Source: Gracilinanus agilis (Eukaryota). From it: a stretch of 64,000 nucleotides of DNA. Under the pieces are notes generated by a model that saw only the letters and a program-made list of their open reading frames with translations, was not told the origin of the DNA and did not search any database. The number at the start of each line of letters is the position of its first letter. Position 1 is the first letter of the stretch. Location: NCBI RefSeq assembly GCF_016433145.1, contig NC_058135.1, positions 276,390,426 through 276,454,425 on the forward strand, given 5' to 3'. This document shows positions 39,448 to 53,620 of the stretch, piece by piece. A program made the position numbers and the translations under genes.

Positions 39448-41376
39448 CCTTAGGCAATAATTAGCCTCCTAAAGGGCTTTTTCCCTGTCCATGTGGCAGG
39501 GGAAGGAAGCTGTTCCCTGCTGTTTTTACCCCTAGGGGGAAGGAAAGGAAGGTTACTCTTTCAAATAGGAAGTAGAATTGCAAGCATGGCTCCCTCTATG
39601 AAAGAGATGTGTATGACCTATCTCAAACAGTTCCCAGTTTTAGGATGCTTTTTCTTCCTACTATTCCTGAGTGCACTGGTCCTTGTGATTAGCTTGCCTG
39701 AGATTCAGGGGAGAAATTCATCTCTCTACCCACCCCCTTGCTATTCTGGACTTCACATTCTCTACAATACATCCAATATGGGTTTCCTCCACAGTATTTT
39801 CAGCATGGAATTCTCCCTCAATATGAGAGATCCTAGAAGTGTGATAAAAAGGAACCTAGATGGATTATGATACTATGGAGGGGAAGGAACCTAAAAAAGT
39901 CTGGAGGTGAATTTTAAGACTTTTCAGACTCCATTGTTATATGAAAAATCTCTGTATTGGAATTGAAAGAATAACTCTTGAAGTCAGTGCCTGTATTCTT
40001 TCACATATATTGTGTTTGTTGATTGCTTGTTATAAGATTTTATTTTGTTTCTTAAGTTCTGTTACTCTGAATCATTTTAACCTACTGTGTTTTGGCTATT
40101 AGCTATATATTCTATTGCACTTTCTTTACTTGTACCTTTCCCCTATGACAGGGCTAGAGAAGATACCATTGTAAAAGTACTTTGAGTTGTTTGTAACAAG
40201 AGGTAAGGGTCCATTTAGTAGCTGAAGTGAAGTGCTATAACACTATTCCTCACCTCCACATTAAAATGGATGAGACATATGAAAGATGTAATTTTTAGAA
40301 CTGTTAAAGTCTCATGACAAATTGAGGGAACAATATTGTAGTCCTTGCCTCCACAGTACATGGATAGGACATATAAGAGACATGCCTTTAGAACTATTAG
40401 AATCCGATGCCAAAGGAGGGAACAAATCCAAGGGTTTGGTTACCCCATTATGGGTTATAGTCTTATAAAGTTTTCCTAAGGGGCATGGTACTCTGAAATG
40501 GCCCCCAAGAGGAAGCATTTCAGCCAAGAATAAAAGTCATGAGCTTCAGAGGCTACCTGAGTGGATCAAAGTGTTGGGTTAACACTCTCCTTGTGGGGAT
40601 TGTGTAATGGTCATAGGGATTGTACAAACCTCCTCAGGGGCAACTGCATAATTGTTATAGGTATTGTATAATTGTCATAAAACTAAAAAATCTTTTAAGA
40701 AAGAAACATTTCAAGAAAAGGAACTCGATAACACTTTGAATCTAGAAGATGACTTGTTTGAAGAAGGCACCATGAAGATGCCTCAAGAAACCTCCACAGC
40801 ATCAGAAGACCCAGAATGAACAATGGAATATAATTGATTGAACTGTGTGAGGTTGAACACATTTACATTGTATGTATACTCCCAAAGAGGAATGCCCCCT
40901 ACTTGACTTTTTGTCAATGCACCTAGGAATCATTGGTTTTCTTCTCTTTTCCTTTTATCCCCAAATTATTGCAATTTATTAGTTGGTTATGTTTACAAGA
41001 TTCATTGGGGGGAATAGTCTTCCAAATGATCTCGGGGCAGGGCGTGGGGGAATTGTGTAATTTGAATCTGTTATCCTAAAACTACAATCCCCAGGAAAAC
41101 TACCCCCCTCCTGTCATTACCATGCTGACATAGACAGGATTAAAAGTCATGAGCTTCAGCACCCTACTCACCTCCTGTTATTACATGCTGACATAGACAG
41201 GATTTAAATTGGGTGGAATTCTGTGTCTACCTCTCTTTATCCTTCCCATCAGCAGCTTTGGTGGAGTGTGCTTTTGAGCAGATAGAAAACACTTAGTCAC
41301 ATGTTTATATTTTCTCAGATAATAAACTTTATAAAAATTACTACTTGAAGTATTACACATTACTGGAACTCCTACA

Positions 41377-41543
41377 GTAGTTGTATCCTATGCAACAGTT
41401 CTTTTTATATACCTGAAGTCACTATCTAGACAATGCCTTGACACAAGCAAGGTAGTATCTGTGCTTTAAAATTTGATTACCCCAAAGCTCAACTCCTTGA
41501 TCTATAGATTCAGAAATAAAAATGTGAAAGGGACCTCAAATGA
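41377..41543 (+). pseudogene. OR8K-like pseudogene A, 3' end
   Basis: Translates VVVSYATVLFIYLK...DTSKVVSVL*NLITPKLNSLIYRFRNKNVK, a decayed TM6-TM7. Confidence 0.8.
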
Positions 41544-42289
41544 TTTTTAAAATTGACATTAACATTCTTTAATTGCTATTATGAAATATTATTTCATTAA
41601 TTTATTAGAAACAAATATAATCCTTTTAGATTTATTCATCAATCCTTCCCTAAATTGTCTCTCCTCCAATAAAGAAATATCTCTCCTAATATGCAATCAT
41701 AAAATTATATTTTTGTCAGTTTTTTTAAAATAATTTTTTTAAGATTCATTTAATCCTAGTAAATTAGGTCATGTAATTTCAAGGACCTATTAGAGGATTT
41801 GATAATAATTAATTACAAAGTATTTAGAAGATGGAGCAGCCTGATATAGTCCTGTTCTAGGCATCAGAGAAGTGTGGATAATTTTTTTCAAAAGTTCTTG
41901 CCAACATTGAACTTTCACATTATTGACAACATTATTTTAGTTAATACAATCACTGACTTTCCCTAAGGTTAAGGCTGAATTAACTATAAATAGATTTTAT
42001 CTAGGTTCCAGAAAATACCTTTCTACCTCAGGGAACTGAATTTAAAAGAAGACAATCAAATCTAAAGAATCAGACATCCACTCCCAATCACCCTAGCCTG
42101 GGGAAGACAATCAACTCTCCAATACCTCTTAATCAGCATAGCCTTTGGCTAGTCAATAAAATCATGCTGCCAGGCAGTTGATCTTCCCCTTCCCTAAGCA
42201 CTATATAAGCTTGTTGAATCCTCCACATTTGAATTCCCACCTTCTACAGTTCAGCAGGTAGTCTAACATCATCAGGTATATATTCCTAA

Positions 42290-42630
42290 CTGGAAATACA
42301 ATACTCCCAGGGCAGTGGCATTATGTGATGTTTCTTGATTTTATATGACTTACCTTTTTTAAAAAGCTGTTATTAGGATTGTTCTGATAGTTCTGATTTT
42401 TTTAATGTTAGAAGTATTTGTGAGTGTTAATTCACAGGTAAGATCTACATTGAGGAAGAGTGTTATTAAGTGGATTTCTATGAATAATGGAAGGTAGTGA
42501 TTGGCAATCATTCAAATCATAATCAAAAGACAAAGTTTCCCATTACCATAAGACAGATTATATAATTACTATTGATATTATAAATTTTCTCATGAGAACC
42601 CAAGGAAATCATGCTTTAATGAATAGGGGA
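42290..42630 (+). promoter_or_regulatory. Conserved upstream block / first-exon donors of the OR at 46541
   Basis: gtgagtgttaattcacaggtaaga matches 13146-13169 at 23 of 24 nt; GTGAGT 42420, GTAAGA 42438. Confidence 0.55.
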
Positions 42631-42685
42631 ATCCTTTGGCAATGAGCTTTCAGTTGTTTTACTCTTAGGTAACACATTTAAATTT

Positions 42686-42875
42686 TTTGTTGCAAAGATA
42701 TTGGAGTAGTTTGCCATTTTCTATGGCAACTCATTTAATATAGGAAAATACTGAGGCAAAAAGAGTTAAGCTTTTTGCTCATGGTCATACAACTAGTAAG
42801 ACTCTGAGATCAGATTTGTACCCATGTCTTTTCAACTCTTGCACTGGTGCTTAATCCACTTTGCCACCTAGCTAC
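42686..42875 (-). mobile_element. Mar1/MIR-type CORE SINE
   Basis: gtttgccattt...actgaggcaaa...agttaag...ccacctagct pattern. Confidence 0.7.
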
Positions 42876-45248
42876 TGTTGGGAAAATTTAGAACTCTTTT
42901 CATTGATACATAAATTTATTTTAATTTGTAATTAAAATTAGAGTGAAACATCAACAAAATGTTTAATTTTTGTTAACTTGTGTTAAAAATTAAATTTATG
43001 TTATAATTATTATCATTTGGAAAATAATTTCAGAAGATAAAACTAAGGCCTTTTGGGAGTTTCCATTCATTTTTTTTTCGTTTTATTCATTTCTACAGTG
43101 TTTTTTTTTTGTTGTTGTTGTTTTGTATCATATGTCCTCTATTGGTTCTTGATAAAATTTCCAATTCAAAATCATTTAATAGTCATTCATTTTTCTTTAA
43201 ATTTCTTTACTCTGGAGATCTGAAGATTAAAGTAGCAATATTTGTGAGTATATTTCTTTTGACACTATTCTGTTCCATGTTCAATGTCCTACATAAGAAT
43301 CAGTAAAATATTGATGAATGATACTTTTAACTCAAATAAATACATATCTAAACAATTGAAGAAATAGCAAAGGTTCATGGGTACAATCACCTAATATAAA
43401 GAAATAATTTTAGCTTTATTAATTCAGTAACAAAGAAATATTTTATAGAGCTAGTTAAAATAATAACAAAGTTACTCTAGAATGTTTTTCCAGAAAAAAA
43501 ATATTACTTAGTGCCCCTTGTCATATACTATCACCACCCCTTTAAAATTATTAACTGCCCCCAAATGCACCTGTGGTCATCACTGGCTCCCTGAATTGCT
43601 GCAGCACCCAGCATGGGAGGGATGGGGTGTGGAGCCCACTTTGGGAATCACTGCTCTAGAAGAACACAAAGAAAAGAATATCAAAGGACTCAATAAAAAA
43701 GAAAAGAATTTGTGGTCTAGCAGTACTAAGTTTCAAATTACATAACAAAGCAGTAATCATAAAATAGTTTGCTTTTGGTTAAAAATAGTGATGGCTCAAT
43801 GAAAAAAAAAAAGATACATAAAACAGAATGATAAATGACCATTGTAATCTAAGTGTTGATGAATATAAATTTCCCAGCTATTGGGGAAAGAACTCAATAT
43901 TTCCAAAAGTTTCTAGGAAAAAGAAAGATCAGTTTGAAAGAAAGTAGACATAAATCAACACTTCACAGCATAAACCAAGCTAAATTTAAAAAGATATATA
44001 TTTTCAGCATAATGAATAATATATTTAGCAAATTAGGGTACCATGAGGAAAAAGTACTACAAGATATATGAATAAGGGAAAATTTCTTTGACCAAATAAA
44101 AGATAAAATGGATCACAGACCATAAAATGTGTAATTTTAAATGTGTGAATTTTAAAAATGTTTTTGGAAATAAAATTCTCATTCAGACAAAATCAGATGA
44201 AAAGCAATAGACTAAAAAAAACCCTAATCAAACTGTACAAACTAATAGCAGAAATTAAAGGTGATCAACAGTGGAAGATGTAGTTACTCTTATTAGTTCA
44301 ATGATCTATGAAAATTCTGACTCATTAAAACAAACAAAATTTAAAAACAACAACTGTGCTACACCAGAAAAAATCAATGAAAACTGAGTACAAGTTCAAA
44401 TAGCTTTTATTCACTTCATATGCCTAGGTTTTCATAATTGCAACACAGCAAAAAGGGAATTATGTTTACAGATGACTTTACATGTGTAATAGCCATCATA
44501 TTGCTTGCCTTTTAAGTGGGTAGGGAAAAGACTGGAAAACAAGAAAATTTGGAATTTATTTTTTAAAAGGTTGGTTAAAAAAAACTGTGCTAAACTAATT
44601 ACATACACTGTCTCATTTGAATTTTATAACTATCCTACTAAAAAGTGATATTATATTCATCTGAATGTTTAAGAATCTGAGACAGAAAGAAATTAATTTA
44701 TTTGCCCAGGTTAACACTGTCCCTAAATGTCAGTTATTTCAGCTCTTTCTGATTCTATTCCCAGACACATATCCACTGTGCCCCTAAGATACCTAATAAA
44801 AAATTCATTTCCTCCTCATGAAAATCCTGGAATTCAGATACTGCTTTAGCCCCATTTTTCCAAAAGCTAACACAAGGAGAAAACAGTTAAGTTACTTGCC
44901 AAAAGGCAAACAACTAATATATGAAAAGGGATTAGAAATCAGTTCTTCCTAACTATTGGTCCAGTGCTCCATTCATTACACTAGCTCTTTCTAAAATGCC
45001 CTAATACTCTAAAGTATGTGAGGAGTTAAAATAGCCTTTTCTGGTTGTCTACAGAACTTTACTACAAGCCCTTGCAAGGACCCTGGACTTAAGCAATACA
45101 GAAATAACACTGAACAACAAAATCCTAGAGCATGGAAGGTACATAATGGATGCTTAATGGAATTAGGTAAACCTATAAACATTCTCTCTTATTACTGTAT
45201 TCATTATTTCCATGGTATGATCATATAAAAATAATTAAAATTTTCCAG

Positions 45249-45362
45249 TGCTCCAGGGAAATGGCCTGATGGGAAATGAGAGACTGATAAAGTCTCCTTC
45301 TATCTTCTGGCAGTACAGATAACATGAACAAGCTACAGCATATTCCACCTTCAGAAAAACAG
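45249..45362 (+). other. Putative 5' non-coding exon of the OR at 46541
   Basis: tttccag|tgctcc and acag|gtaac; homologous to 18625-18740; downstream intron 1164 nt versus 1169 nt. Confidence 0.55.
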
Positions 45363-46540
45363 GTAACATTGTTCTTTGTGAACTATTCAGTGCTTTAGGA
45401 TTCAAGTATATACAATGCTAGCAATTAAGTTCAAGAGGCCAATAAAAAAGGCTTTTGTGGGGGTGAATGGGACAATTAGGAGATTAGTGATTAATTCATT
45501 CAAATTTAAATTATCAAAAATTACTTTAGGAAAGTCAGTTTAGATGATTATTCCTAGTTACTGCCAATGTCATAGACGCTTTTCTGCAATAAGTGAAATC
45601 AAATATCTTTTGCAAAGGGGAACAGATATGATAGTAAAATATGCTATCCCAGTGATTTTTAAAGTCAATGCTCTGTAACTGGCCATCATCTGAAGGAAAA
45701 AACATTTTTAATAATTCCTTCCATGTCCTTTGGAATACAAGACTTTAAAAATTAATATACATATATGTATAAGCCTTATTCATGTGCCTGATCCAAGAAG
45801 AAAAATATTTTATCTGTGGTAAAACAAAGGGAATTGAGAGTATTGAGAGTGGATAGGTATCTGAGATCTTTGTGGATTCATACCAGTTAATGAATGCATG
45901 CGGTACAAACTGAGATAGGTCCTACATCTTTAACCTCAGTGGTTTAGGATACTTCTAAAGAGGAAATTCCATCTCTTAATATTGATCTTCACTTTTCAAC
46001 CAAGATTTATAGATGGTAAAACAAACAGGAAGTTACATTTTTAGCACAGGGTAACTGAAATGTATTGGGCATGGCTCTATAAACCATATCTTCTTAGCTT
46101 CAAAAGCTAACTTGATACCTAGTTCATTACCATTCACCTATAAGATATTCTTAAGTATTTTTTCCTCTTTTAGTAACCCATTATAATCTTTTGAACCAGT
46201 AGATAGTACAAATATTTTAAAATTGTTATTATTTGCTCACATATTTTGAGGACATATAGTTTCATAATTCATTTTGCATTTTTATTAAAGAAAATGACAT
46301 TTGACTTTTACTTGGTGATAGAATGTTAATAGGATTTAATTTGTTATAAAATGATATATGATGTGATTCAAATTAAGTAAATTCAACACATGATACCAAA
46401 ATTGATAAAAATGTCACTATAATTGGTTGAAAAAGTTCCTATTCATCTTATTTAAGTCATTTTATTCACTAACTGCCTAATTAACTGTGCAAACGACACT
46501 CAAAGACATATTCCTTCTATTCTCAGATTATGTTCTTTAG

Positions 46541-47488
46541 ATGGAAGAAATGATCAAGATGAATGAAACTACTAAAAGCCAAGTGACTGAATTCATACTC
46601 ATGGGCATTACAAACCGTCCTGAGCTACAGCACCCCCTTTTTGCTGTATTTTTCCTTAACTACATGGCCACAGCTCTGGGGAACCTGGGCCTGATCATCT
46701 TAACTAGTGTTGATTCCCACCTCCAAACCCCCATGTACTTTTTTCTCAGGCATCTAGCATTTGTTGATTTGGGGTATTCAACAACTATTGGTCCAAAAAT
46801 GCTGGTCAGTTTCATAGAGGAGAAAAATATAATTTCCTATAATGGATGTGCAATACAGCTAGCTTTCTTTGTGATATTTATCAATAGTGAACTTTTTATC
46901 CTGTCAGCTATGGCCTATGACCGTTATGTAGCTATTTGCAAGCCTCTCCTCTATACAATCATCATGTCTGATAGAGCATGTTGGATCTTGGTGGCTAGCT
47001 CATATCTCTATAGCATCGTGATAGACTTAGTGGTGACAATAAAAATTTTTAAATCATCTTTCTGTGAATCTAATGTATTAAGGCATTTCTACTGTGACAG
47101 TCTCTCCCTATTGTCCATTATGTGCTCAGACACAAGTGAAATTGAACTAATCATTATGACCTTTAGTGTACTAAATCTGATTCCTTCCCTCTTGATTATC
47201 CTTTTTTCCTACATACTTATTCTTGTGGCCATCCTTAGGATGAACTCTTCTGAGGGCAGTCACAAAGCTTTCTCCACCTGTGGCTCTCATATAACAGTGG
47301 TGGTTGTGTTCTATGGGACACTTTTCTTTATGTACCTGCAGCCACAATCTAACCATTCCTTTGACACAGATAAGATGGCCTCTGTTTTTTACACTCTGGT
47401 CATTCCTATGCTCAACCCTTTAATTTACAGCTTGAGGAACAAAGAGGTGACAGGTGCTTTGAAAAGACTCTTTAAAAAATTGATATAA
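46541..47488 (+). CDS. Olfactory receptor, OR8K-like, intact, 315 aa
   Basis: Full OR motif set (LQTPMYFFL, MAYDRYVAIC, KAFSTCGSH, PMLNPLIYSLRN); close paralogue of 19924-20901; acceptor AG 46525-46526. Confidence 0.95.
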   Translation: MEEMIKMNETTKSQVTEFILMGITNRPELQHPLFAVFFLNYMATALGNLGLIILTSVDSHLQTPMYFFLRHLAFVDLGYSTTIGPKMLVSFIEEKNIISYNGCAIQLAFFVIFINSELFILSAMAYDRYVAICKPLLYTIIMSDRACWILVASSYLYSIVIDLVVTIKIFKSSFCESNVLRHFYCDSLSLLSIMCSDTSEIELIIMTFSVLNLIPSLLIILFSYILILVAILRMNSSEGSHKAFSTCGSHITVVVVFYGTLFFMYLQPQSNHSFDTDKMASVFYTLVIPMLNPLIYSLRNKEVTGALKRLFKKLI

Positions 47489-49832
47489 GCTTTCTCTTTA
47501 GCATCCATTGTAAAGTATGGGTCTGTTGCATTATTAGAAGAAAGGGAATTGGAATTTCTGCTAGCTTTCTTCAAATTCTCCTTTATTCTTCCCTCTGCTT
47601 TTAGAGAAAATTCATAGAATGTATTCAGAAAATGATATTTATTATTTTTTTAATTATCAGCCTCCATTTTATCCTAATTTCGAGAATCACTTAATTGAAG
47701 GGTGTTCTTAGAACATTCATTTTAAAAATACCTCTATTAATAAAAAACTATTTCATATATTCTTAAATAATTAACACACTAATTGTGTTGAAGTTTGTTT
47801 TAACTGACCTGCTTTTAAATAGATCTTATTGTGAATAAATTTATCCTCATATTAATCTCAATTTCCCCTCTACAACATTCAACATCTGCTCTTTGTCTTC
47901 TCTGTAAAGCAGAACACTTTGATTACCTGTTCTTTATGAATATTGTTCAATTTCTGGAGAAGGGTTTAGCCCTCTTCCCCAATCATTATTCTCAGGTGAT
48001 TCATACTTGTGCTACAATAAAAATATTCATCAATGCAGGTTGTTCAAATGTCTTTATGAAGATTTAAGTTTATAAAGCTTAAAATAAATTAAGACTTTTG
48101 GGGACTTCTTAACAATTTCAGGAACCAAATTCAAAGAACAGATTTGTAATTTGTTAACTGCAATATATTGGAAAATAAATTTATCTTCTCTTGCTCATAC
48201 TCATTTCTAAAATGTGAGAATTGGATGACATGAAGTTTACTTATTTACATGCAATTTTAGTTAAAAATATGCTTTGCTATGATGAACCTATACTTTATAC
48301 TAACAACTTAATACATTCAACTAATACTCAAATATGTGGTTTTTTTTCTCTTCAATGTAATTCTTCCCGCCCTTTGTTTACTCTGGCACTTATTAAGGCC
48401 CTTCATGAATACTGTTACTGGAAATTGAACACAATATTCCCAATAGGGTCTGGTTAGGTAGAATGCAACCAGATTATCACATCCTATGTCAGGATGCCAT
48501 GTCTATCTTAATGGAGATCACATTAACATATTCTTGTTGCGATATAATACCCCACATTCATAGTGAATTTAGAATCCACTAAAAACTCCATATTTTTCTT
48601 CATTGAAATTGTTAAATTATTGCTCTTTCCTATCCTTTAAGGCTGAAGATTTTTTAAAAACCCAATTTAAATATAATACTTTACATTTATCCCATTTGAA
48701 TTATAATTTTTCTATTTCATTTAACAAATTTTTCACGTTGTAATATCCAGATATTCCATTTTCTGGATTGACATTTTCATGCTAACAACCACCTCCAGCC
48801 CAAAGAAGAAATAATTTTACACAGCTTTAAGATGGAATGCACTAGAAAAAATATTGTAATTGTACCCAAGTTACAAAGAACACAAAAAGACTAATCAATA
48901 GAAAAACTACACAAAAGACTGCTATAGGAATAAAATGAAGAGAAATAAAATGAAGAAAATAAAATCTAATTAGATTCCTGAAGAATCATAGTGCTAAATT
49001 TGGTGACTTGAATTTAACCTAACCAAAGTGGTCAGAAATTGGAAAACAGGAGTAAATGGAGAATTCAAACAAAATGCTCTGTAATAAAGTTTAAAATTTC
49101 CATTTACATATGTTAGCCTGCTCTCTTTTTCCTCTCTTTAATCTTTTAGTTTTAGGCAAACATTTTAGAGTATAGTTTGATTTTTTTTGCCTGTTCCTAT
49201 GCTCTTTCCTGAAAGATATTTTTTTTTTTTTGGCAGAACAAAAAGAAATAAGTGTACTTCACAAGTCCTCTTCATGGAAGGTTCAATAAGGACCACCATG
49301 AGAAACAAACGCAGTATGCTATCAGATAAATATCAATTGTGCAAAAGATGAAAGTTTGAAAACCTAATTTAGGAGGAACACAAAACCCTGAGAGTTTCTT
49401 CTCCCTCCAGATACCGAATCAATGTCAGTATTTACCTGTGCTCTGGGTTCAAATATTGTAGATTGTCATCCTCATCATTAGATATCATAAAAGTCATTTA
49501 GAAAAGGCTTCCCTTGTTACTCAACAAGGAAAAGTTGACAAGGAAAGTGAGACTACTCTGGGAAGCAGCATTGAAACAATAGTACATAGGAAAAACAGAG
49601 GATAAGTTCTCAAGAAAGGAGTATTGAACATATGCCCATTGGGTCTTTCCAAAGAACTTACACAGATTTAGGTCTTCCCCTTATTTGGAGACTAAGAAAC
49701 TGCAGTTTCATCTAATCACTGCTAAGGAAATTGTTTCATCTAATCACTTCTGAAGACATTTAAAGAAATAAGATTCAGGAGACTCAAACAATTAGAGAGC
49801 ACTTGAGCTATTAACTACACCATTATGTATAG

Positions 49833-49855
49833 ACACACACACACACACACACACA
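49833..49855. repeat. (CA)n microsatellite
   Basis: Directly visible. Confidence 0.9.
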
Positions 49856-50556
49856 TCCATCCATAAAGGACAGCTTCAATTCTGACCCTATAATCACTTT
49901 AAAAAATACTGATGATTTAAACTTTTCGTATGGTGGATATTTTAAAGATTATTATCAAATAAAATCATCAGTAACCCTACAACAATATGTTACATATTCT
50001 TTGTTAATTAAATTTTAACACATAAACTTTAACAGAAAGAAGGAAATGGAGGGGAAGAAAAAAGCAAATTTTTCACAGAGATGAATCTCATTTTAATGCA
50101 TATCAGGTTTAGAAACTGGTAGGAAAAAGTTTGTGGCCTTCAGGGGAAAGAGGCCTAGGGGCAAGGTTTCCCTTGAAGTATAATTGACTGATTAAGAAAG
50201 TGCCAGGTTGTTAGATCAATTTTTTTTTAATTTTCTCTTACTGCTTCTTCCAACTTCCAGAAGACATGTGACTCTACATTAATCAGCATGACTTTCTCTT
50301 CTACATTTTTCTTCAGTAAGAAAGGACTTGGGAAGAGTTTAGATCAAGTGCTCTGGGAGGGACCTAGAAATTCTTTCCTGAATATATGAAGTCATGAGGA
50401 GCAGAGAAATCACTATTGAATTATCAACTGATTTTTTATGAATTAAAAAAAAATAAAGTGGTGACATTTGTCCTTTTTTTAAGCAGTGAATCATAATTAG
50501 TGTTGCACAAACCTAAAACTTGCAACACAAGATTTCTCTTGGTCTGCTAGGAAATG

Positions 50557-50984
50557 TGTAAAGGGAACCCCTTCCTCTCAGGATCATGAACTTTCTGATT
50601 ATCTGAGCCAGCCTGTTAGCGACCCAGAACTAGGTGTTACCAGACTAGTTTAGAGAGACTTTGATTGGTTCCTGAGATGTGGTAGATCACCACAGAGGGA
50701 AAGGATGGGACATGGAGAAGGAGGACTATAAAAATGAGACCATACAGGAGGCTGGGTTCTTCTCTGGAGGTCTTTGCCTGAGTCTGCAATTCAGCATTGG
50801 TGGCTAGGGCATAAGACACTCTTGTGGGCTGGTAAGATTAGGGGAGTAAACTAGGAAATATTCTTTTATTTCCTTCCTTCCTTATTTCTTTCTTAAACTA
50901 AATTTATACTAAAATTAAATTGTTTAAAACTAGTATCATCCTTGTGGTGTAAGGGTTATTTAACTAATATTATATTTCCAAACA
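50557..50984 (+). mobile_element. Solo LTR
   Basis: tgtaaaggg...ccaaaca termini, ctataaaaat TATA box; TSD not confirmed. Confidence 0.5.
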
Positions 50985-51994
50985 AATTTCTTAATATTAC
51001 ATTTAGTATATTGCATTTGGTATAATTATAAACTTTTCAATATTACAGAAAACAGAATTATTTAATTAATAAGAATTTCATTACTAAAATATTTGAAAAC
51101 ATGTACTTTGTATAATAACTTTGATGTTTCTCCAGATTTAAATTTTTTATACAAAAAGTAGCTACTAATAATTATACTGTTCCCCAGTAGTAAGTTATGT
51201 CCACCTGCCTTCCAAACCTGTGAAACATAAGAATTTCAGAGATACCTTCTCCCTGTTGTATCCATACAATGGTAAAAGTGGTCTTAGGGTTGGTTTTGTT
51301 TTGTTTTAATTTGTCTTATTTATTTAGTGTTTTCCCCTTAAACAGATTATTCTGTTATAGTGAGAATAATGTTAAAGTGGTTTCACAATACACATTTTAT
51401 GATAGGTCAATTGAATAAATAATTATATGAGCAATAGTTACCATTTGTAGACAGAATACATGAAATGACCAGTGAAACTTCAAAACAATATTCTAAAGTA
51501 GACATAGATATTTTAAAACCATTTTACAGATGAAAAATCAATCATCAAAAAGTTTAGACAAAATATGAAGTCGTTTAAACCATAAGCATTGAAGACAAGG
51601 TTGAAACCAAGTTTTCTTGATTATAAATCTAATGTTATGTATTTTATCTCATATACTTCCTTGCCACTCAATTCTGGGAAATAGTTATTTAATATGATCT
51701 TTGTTATTATCACCATCAACCTTAATCATCATCAGTAATTGTTGTTATCATCATCATCAATTAAACATTTCCCCAATAATTATTCTTAGGTTCATCCAAA
51801 GGATCAGCTAAAGCATTATATGAAAGGAAATATAAGGGTCAGTGTAATATAATATTTAAGATAATCATGAAATTCAAAGTGAAAATATACAGGAAATGAA
51901 TATGTTGCAGGGAATATTCGGATCTACAATCAAAGAGAAACCAAATGTATTCATATACTTTGAAGTCTTCATTAACTAAAAAATAAATCAGGAA

Positions 51995-52660
51995 TGTGAT
52001 ACAGAGAGGGGACATAACAGTTTTGAAGGCTTTTGCAAAGTTCTTATGTCAGTTAAGAGGTTTTAGAATCTTGGGAAAAGTTTCAGTTGGTTCTGGGAAC
52101 TCATGCAGGGAACCAGGGTCTAGCTGAGCTTCTTCTTGAGATTGAAACCTGGCCTAGATTTGCAGTTTCTTTTGAGATTTGTTAATTAACTAAATCCTTT
52201 GAATCTCCCTACCCTACCTTATTCCTACCTTCATTTCCCCTACCTAAATGTCTGAGGAGAGTGAATAGGAGAGTGGATCTGAGAATTAGTTCAAATCTGT
52301 GTTAGTTTAGTCTCACCTTCCAACAAATTATCTATTGAGTCTTTGTAGCCAACTTCCTAAACCCTTTTGATTTCAAAATCACCTTGAGAGCTGAGTAAAG
52401 GCAGGTCCTTTCTCGGTCTCACATTCCTGCCTCCCTTCCCCCACCTGAGGTTTCTCTAAGGGGCTGCTAGGGCTTCCTTAATCCTCTACCCTGCCAATCT
52501 ATCCTAGAAAACAATAAACCCTTTTGTGTTAAAACAAGACCTTTTGGCTACTTCATTAGTTAATTAGTAAGAGAGGGAGGAAGGGAAAGAGGAACAACAT
52601 ACTCTCTGGAGATTTTGAGGGAAATTGAGGGTATCCATTTTGGAGGAAGTGTAACTTCAA
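51995..52660 (+). mobile_element. Probable LTR, possibly followed by leader sequence
   Basis: TG start, aataaa near 52513, GC richer than flanks; 3' boundary uncertain. Confidence 0.4.
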
Positions 52661-53149
52661 TATGAGTCCTTCCTGTGAAACTGACTAAAGCCTTAAGTCA
52701 GTTTCTAGCTGTCTTGGCTGACTCTAACATGGCTCTGTAAAGTGTCCTTTTACTCGAAGGGATCAATCTATTTCCCTTCAGTGTTTTGTCTTTAACCTGA
52801 GTCCCAGTCAGTATTTCCCTGCTACTGTTTGCCTGCCTAGATTAATTCATCCTCTCACTTGTAACCCTTGTTACCTCAGTGTTATACTCCCTAAGCTCAG
52901 ACATTCCCTTATTTCTCCTACCACCTCAACTACCATCCCTCATCACTGAGCTTTCCTCATCCACTATATTGCCATAACTTCCCTACTACCTAGTCTATTC
53001 CATTGATTACCTCCAGCCTTGGGTAGCTTGCCTTGTCTTATTCCCTCATCCCACCAGCTATTACCCCTAGCTTCAGCCTCATATTACATCCTGAATATTT
53101 CCCTACTAAACTCTCCAAATCCCCTCATTACATCTTTCCAAATTGCCCT

Positions 53150-53620
53150 ATTACAGGAAATATTTAATAAGTACCTACTATGTGCTAAGACCTTAGCTAA
53201 GTGCTGGGGTTAAAAGAAAAAATTAAAAAAAAATCAAAAGATAATCTCTACCTCTGAGGGGTTGAAAATTGAATGATGGAGGCATTATGGAAACATATAC
53301 TACCCCAGCTTTATGTAAGTAGAAGAGGAAATAATCATTAGAAGTAAAGTACTTTAATTAAGAGATGTTGCAGAAGATTTCCTATGGAAGACAACATTTT
53401 GGAATTTAAAGGAAGCTGAGGAGAACATTAGGCAGAACCAAGGAGGGAGAATGTTCCATAAATGGGGGAAGTGATAAGAGAATGTCCAGAGATGAGAGAA
53501 GCATCTTCTTTATTTATTAGCAAATAATTGAGTGTCATTGAGTTGGAGAGTGGAAGGGGAGATAGTTTTTATTTTGTTTTAATTGGAAAGTAAGGAGGCT
53601 ATCAGGCTATAAAGAGTTCA
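53150..53620 (-). mobile_element. L2 3' end
   Basis: atttaataagtacctactatgtgctaag...ctaagtgctgggg resembles the reverse of the L2 tail. Confidence 0.5.

Larger units (their letters stand above)
38666..41376 (+). mobile_element. Non-coding LTR element (~2.7 kb): 5' LTR 38666-38931, Leu PBS, internal region, PPT, 3' LTR 41056-41376
   Basis: Two related LTRs ending ctcctaca; PBS after the 5' LTR; G-rich PPT before TGTAATTTG; TSD gtag recovered by combining copies A and B; no gag/pol ORF. Confidence 0.8.
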
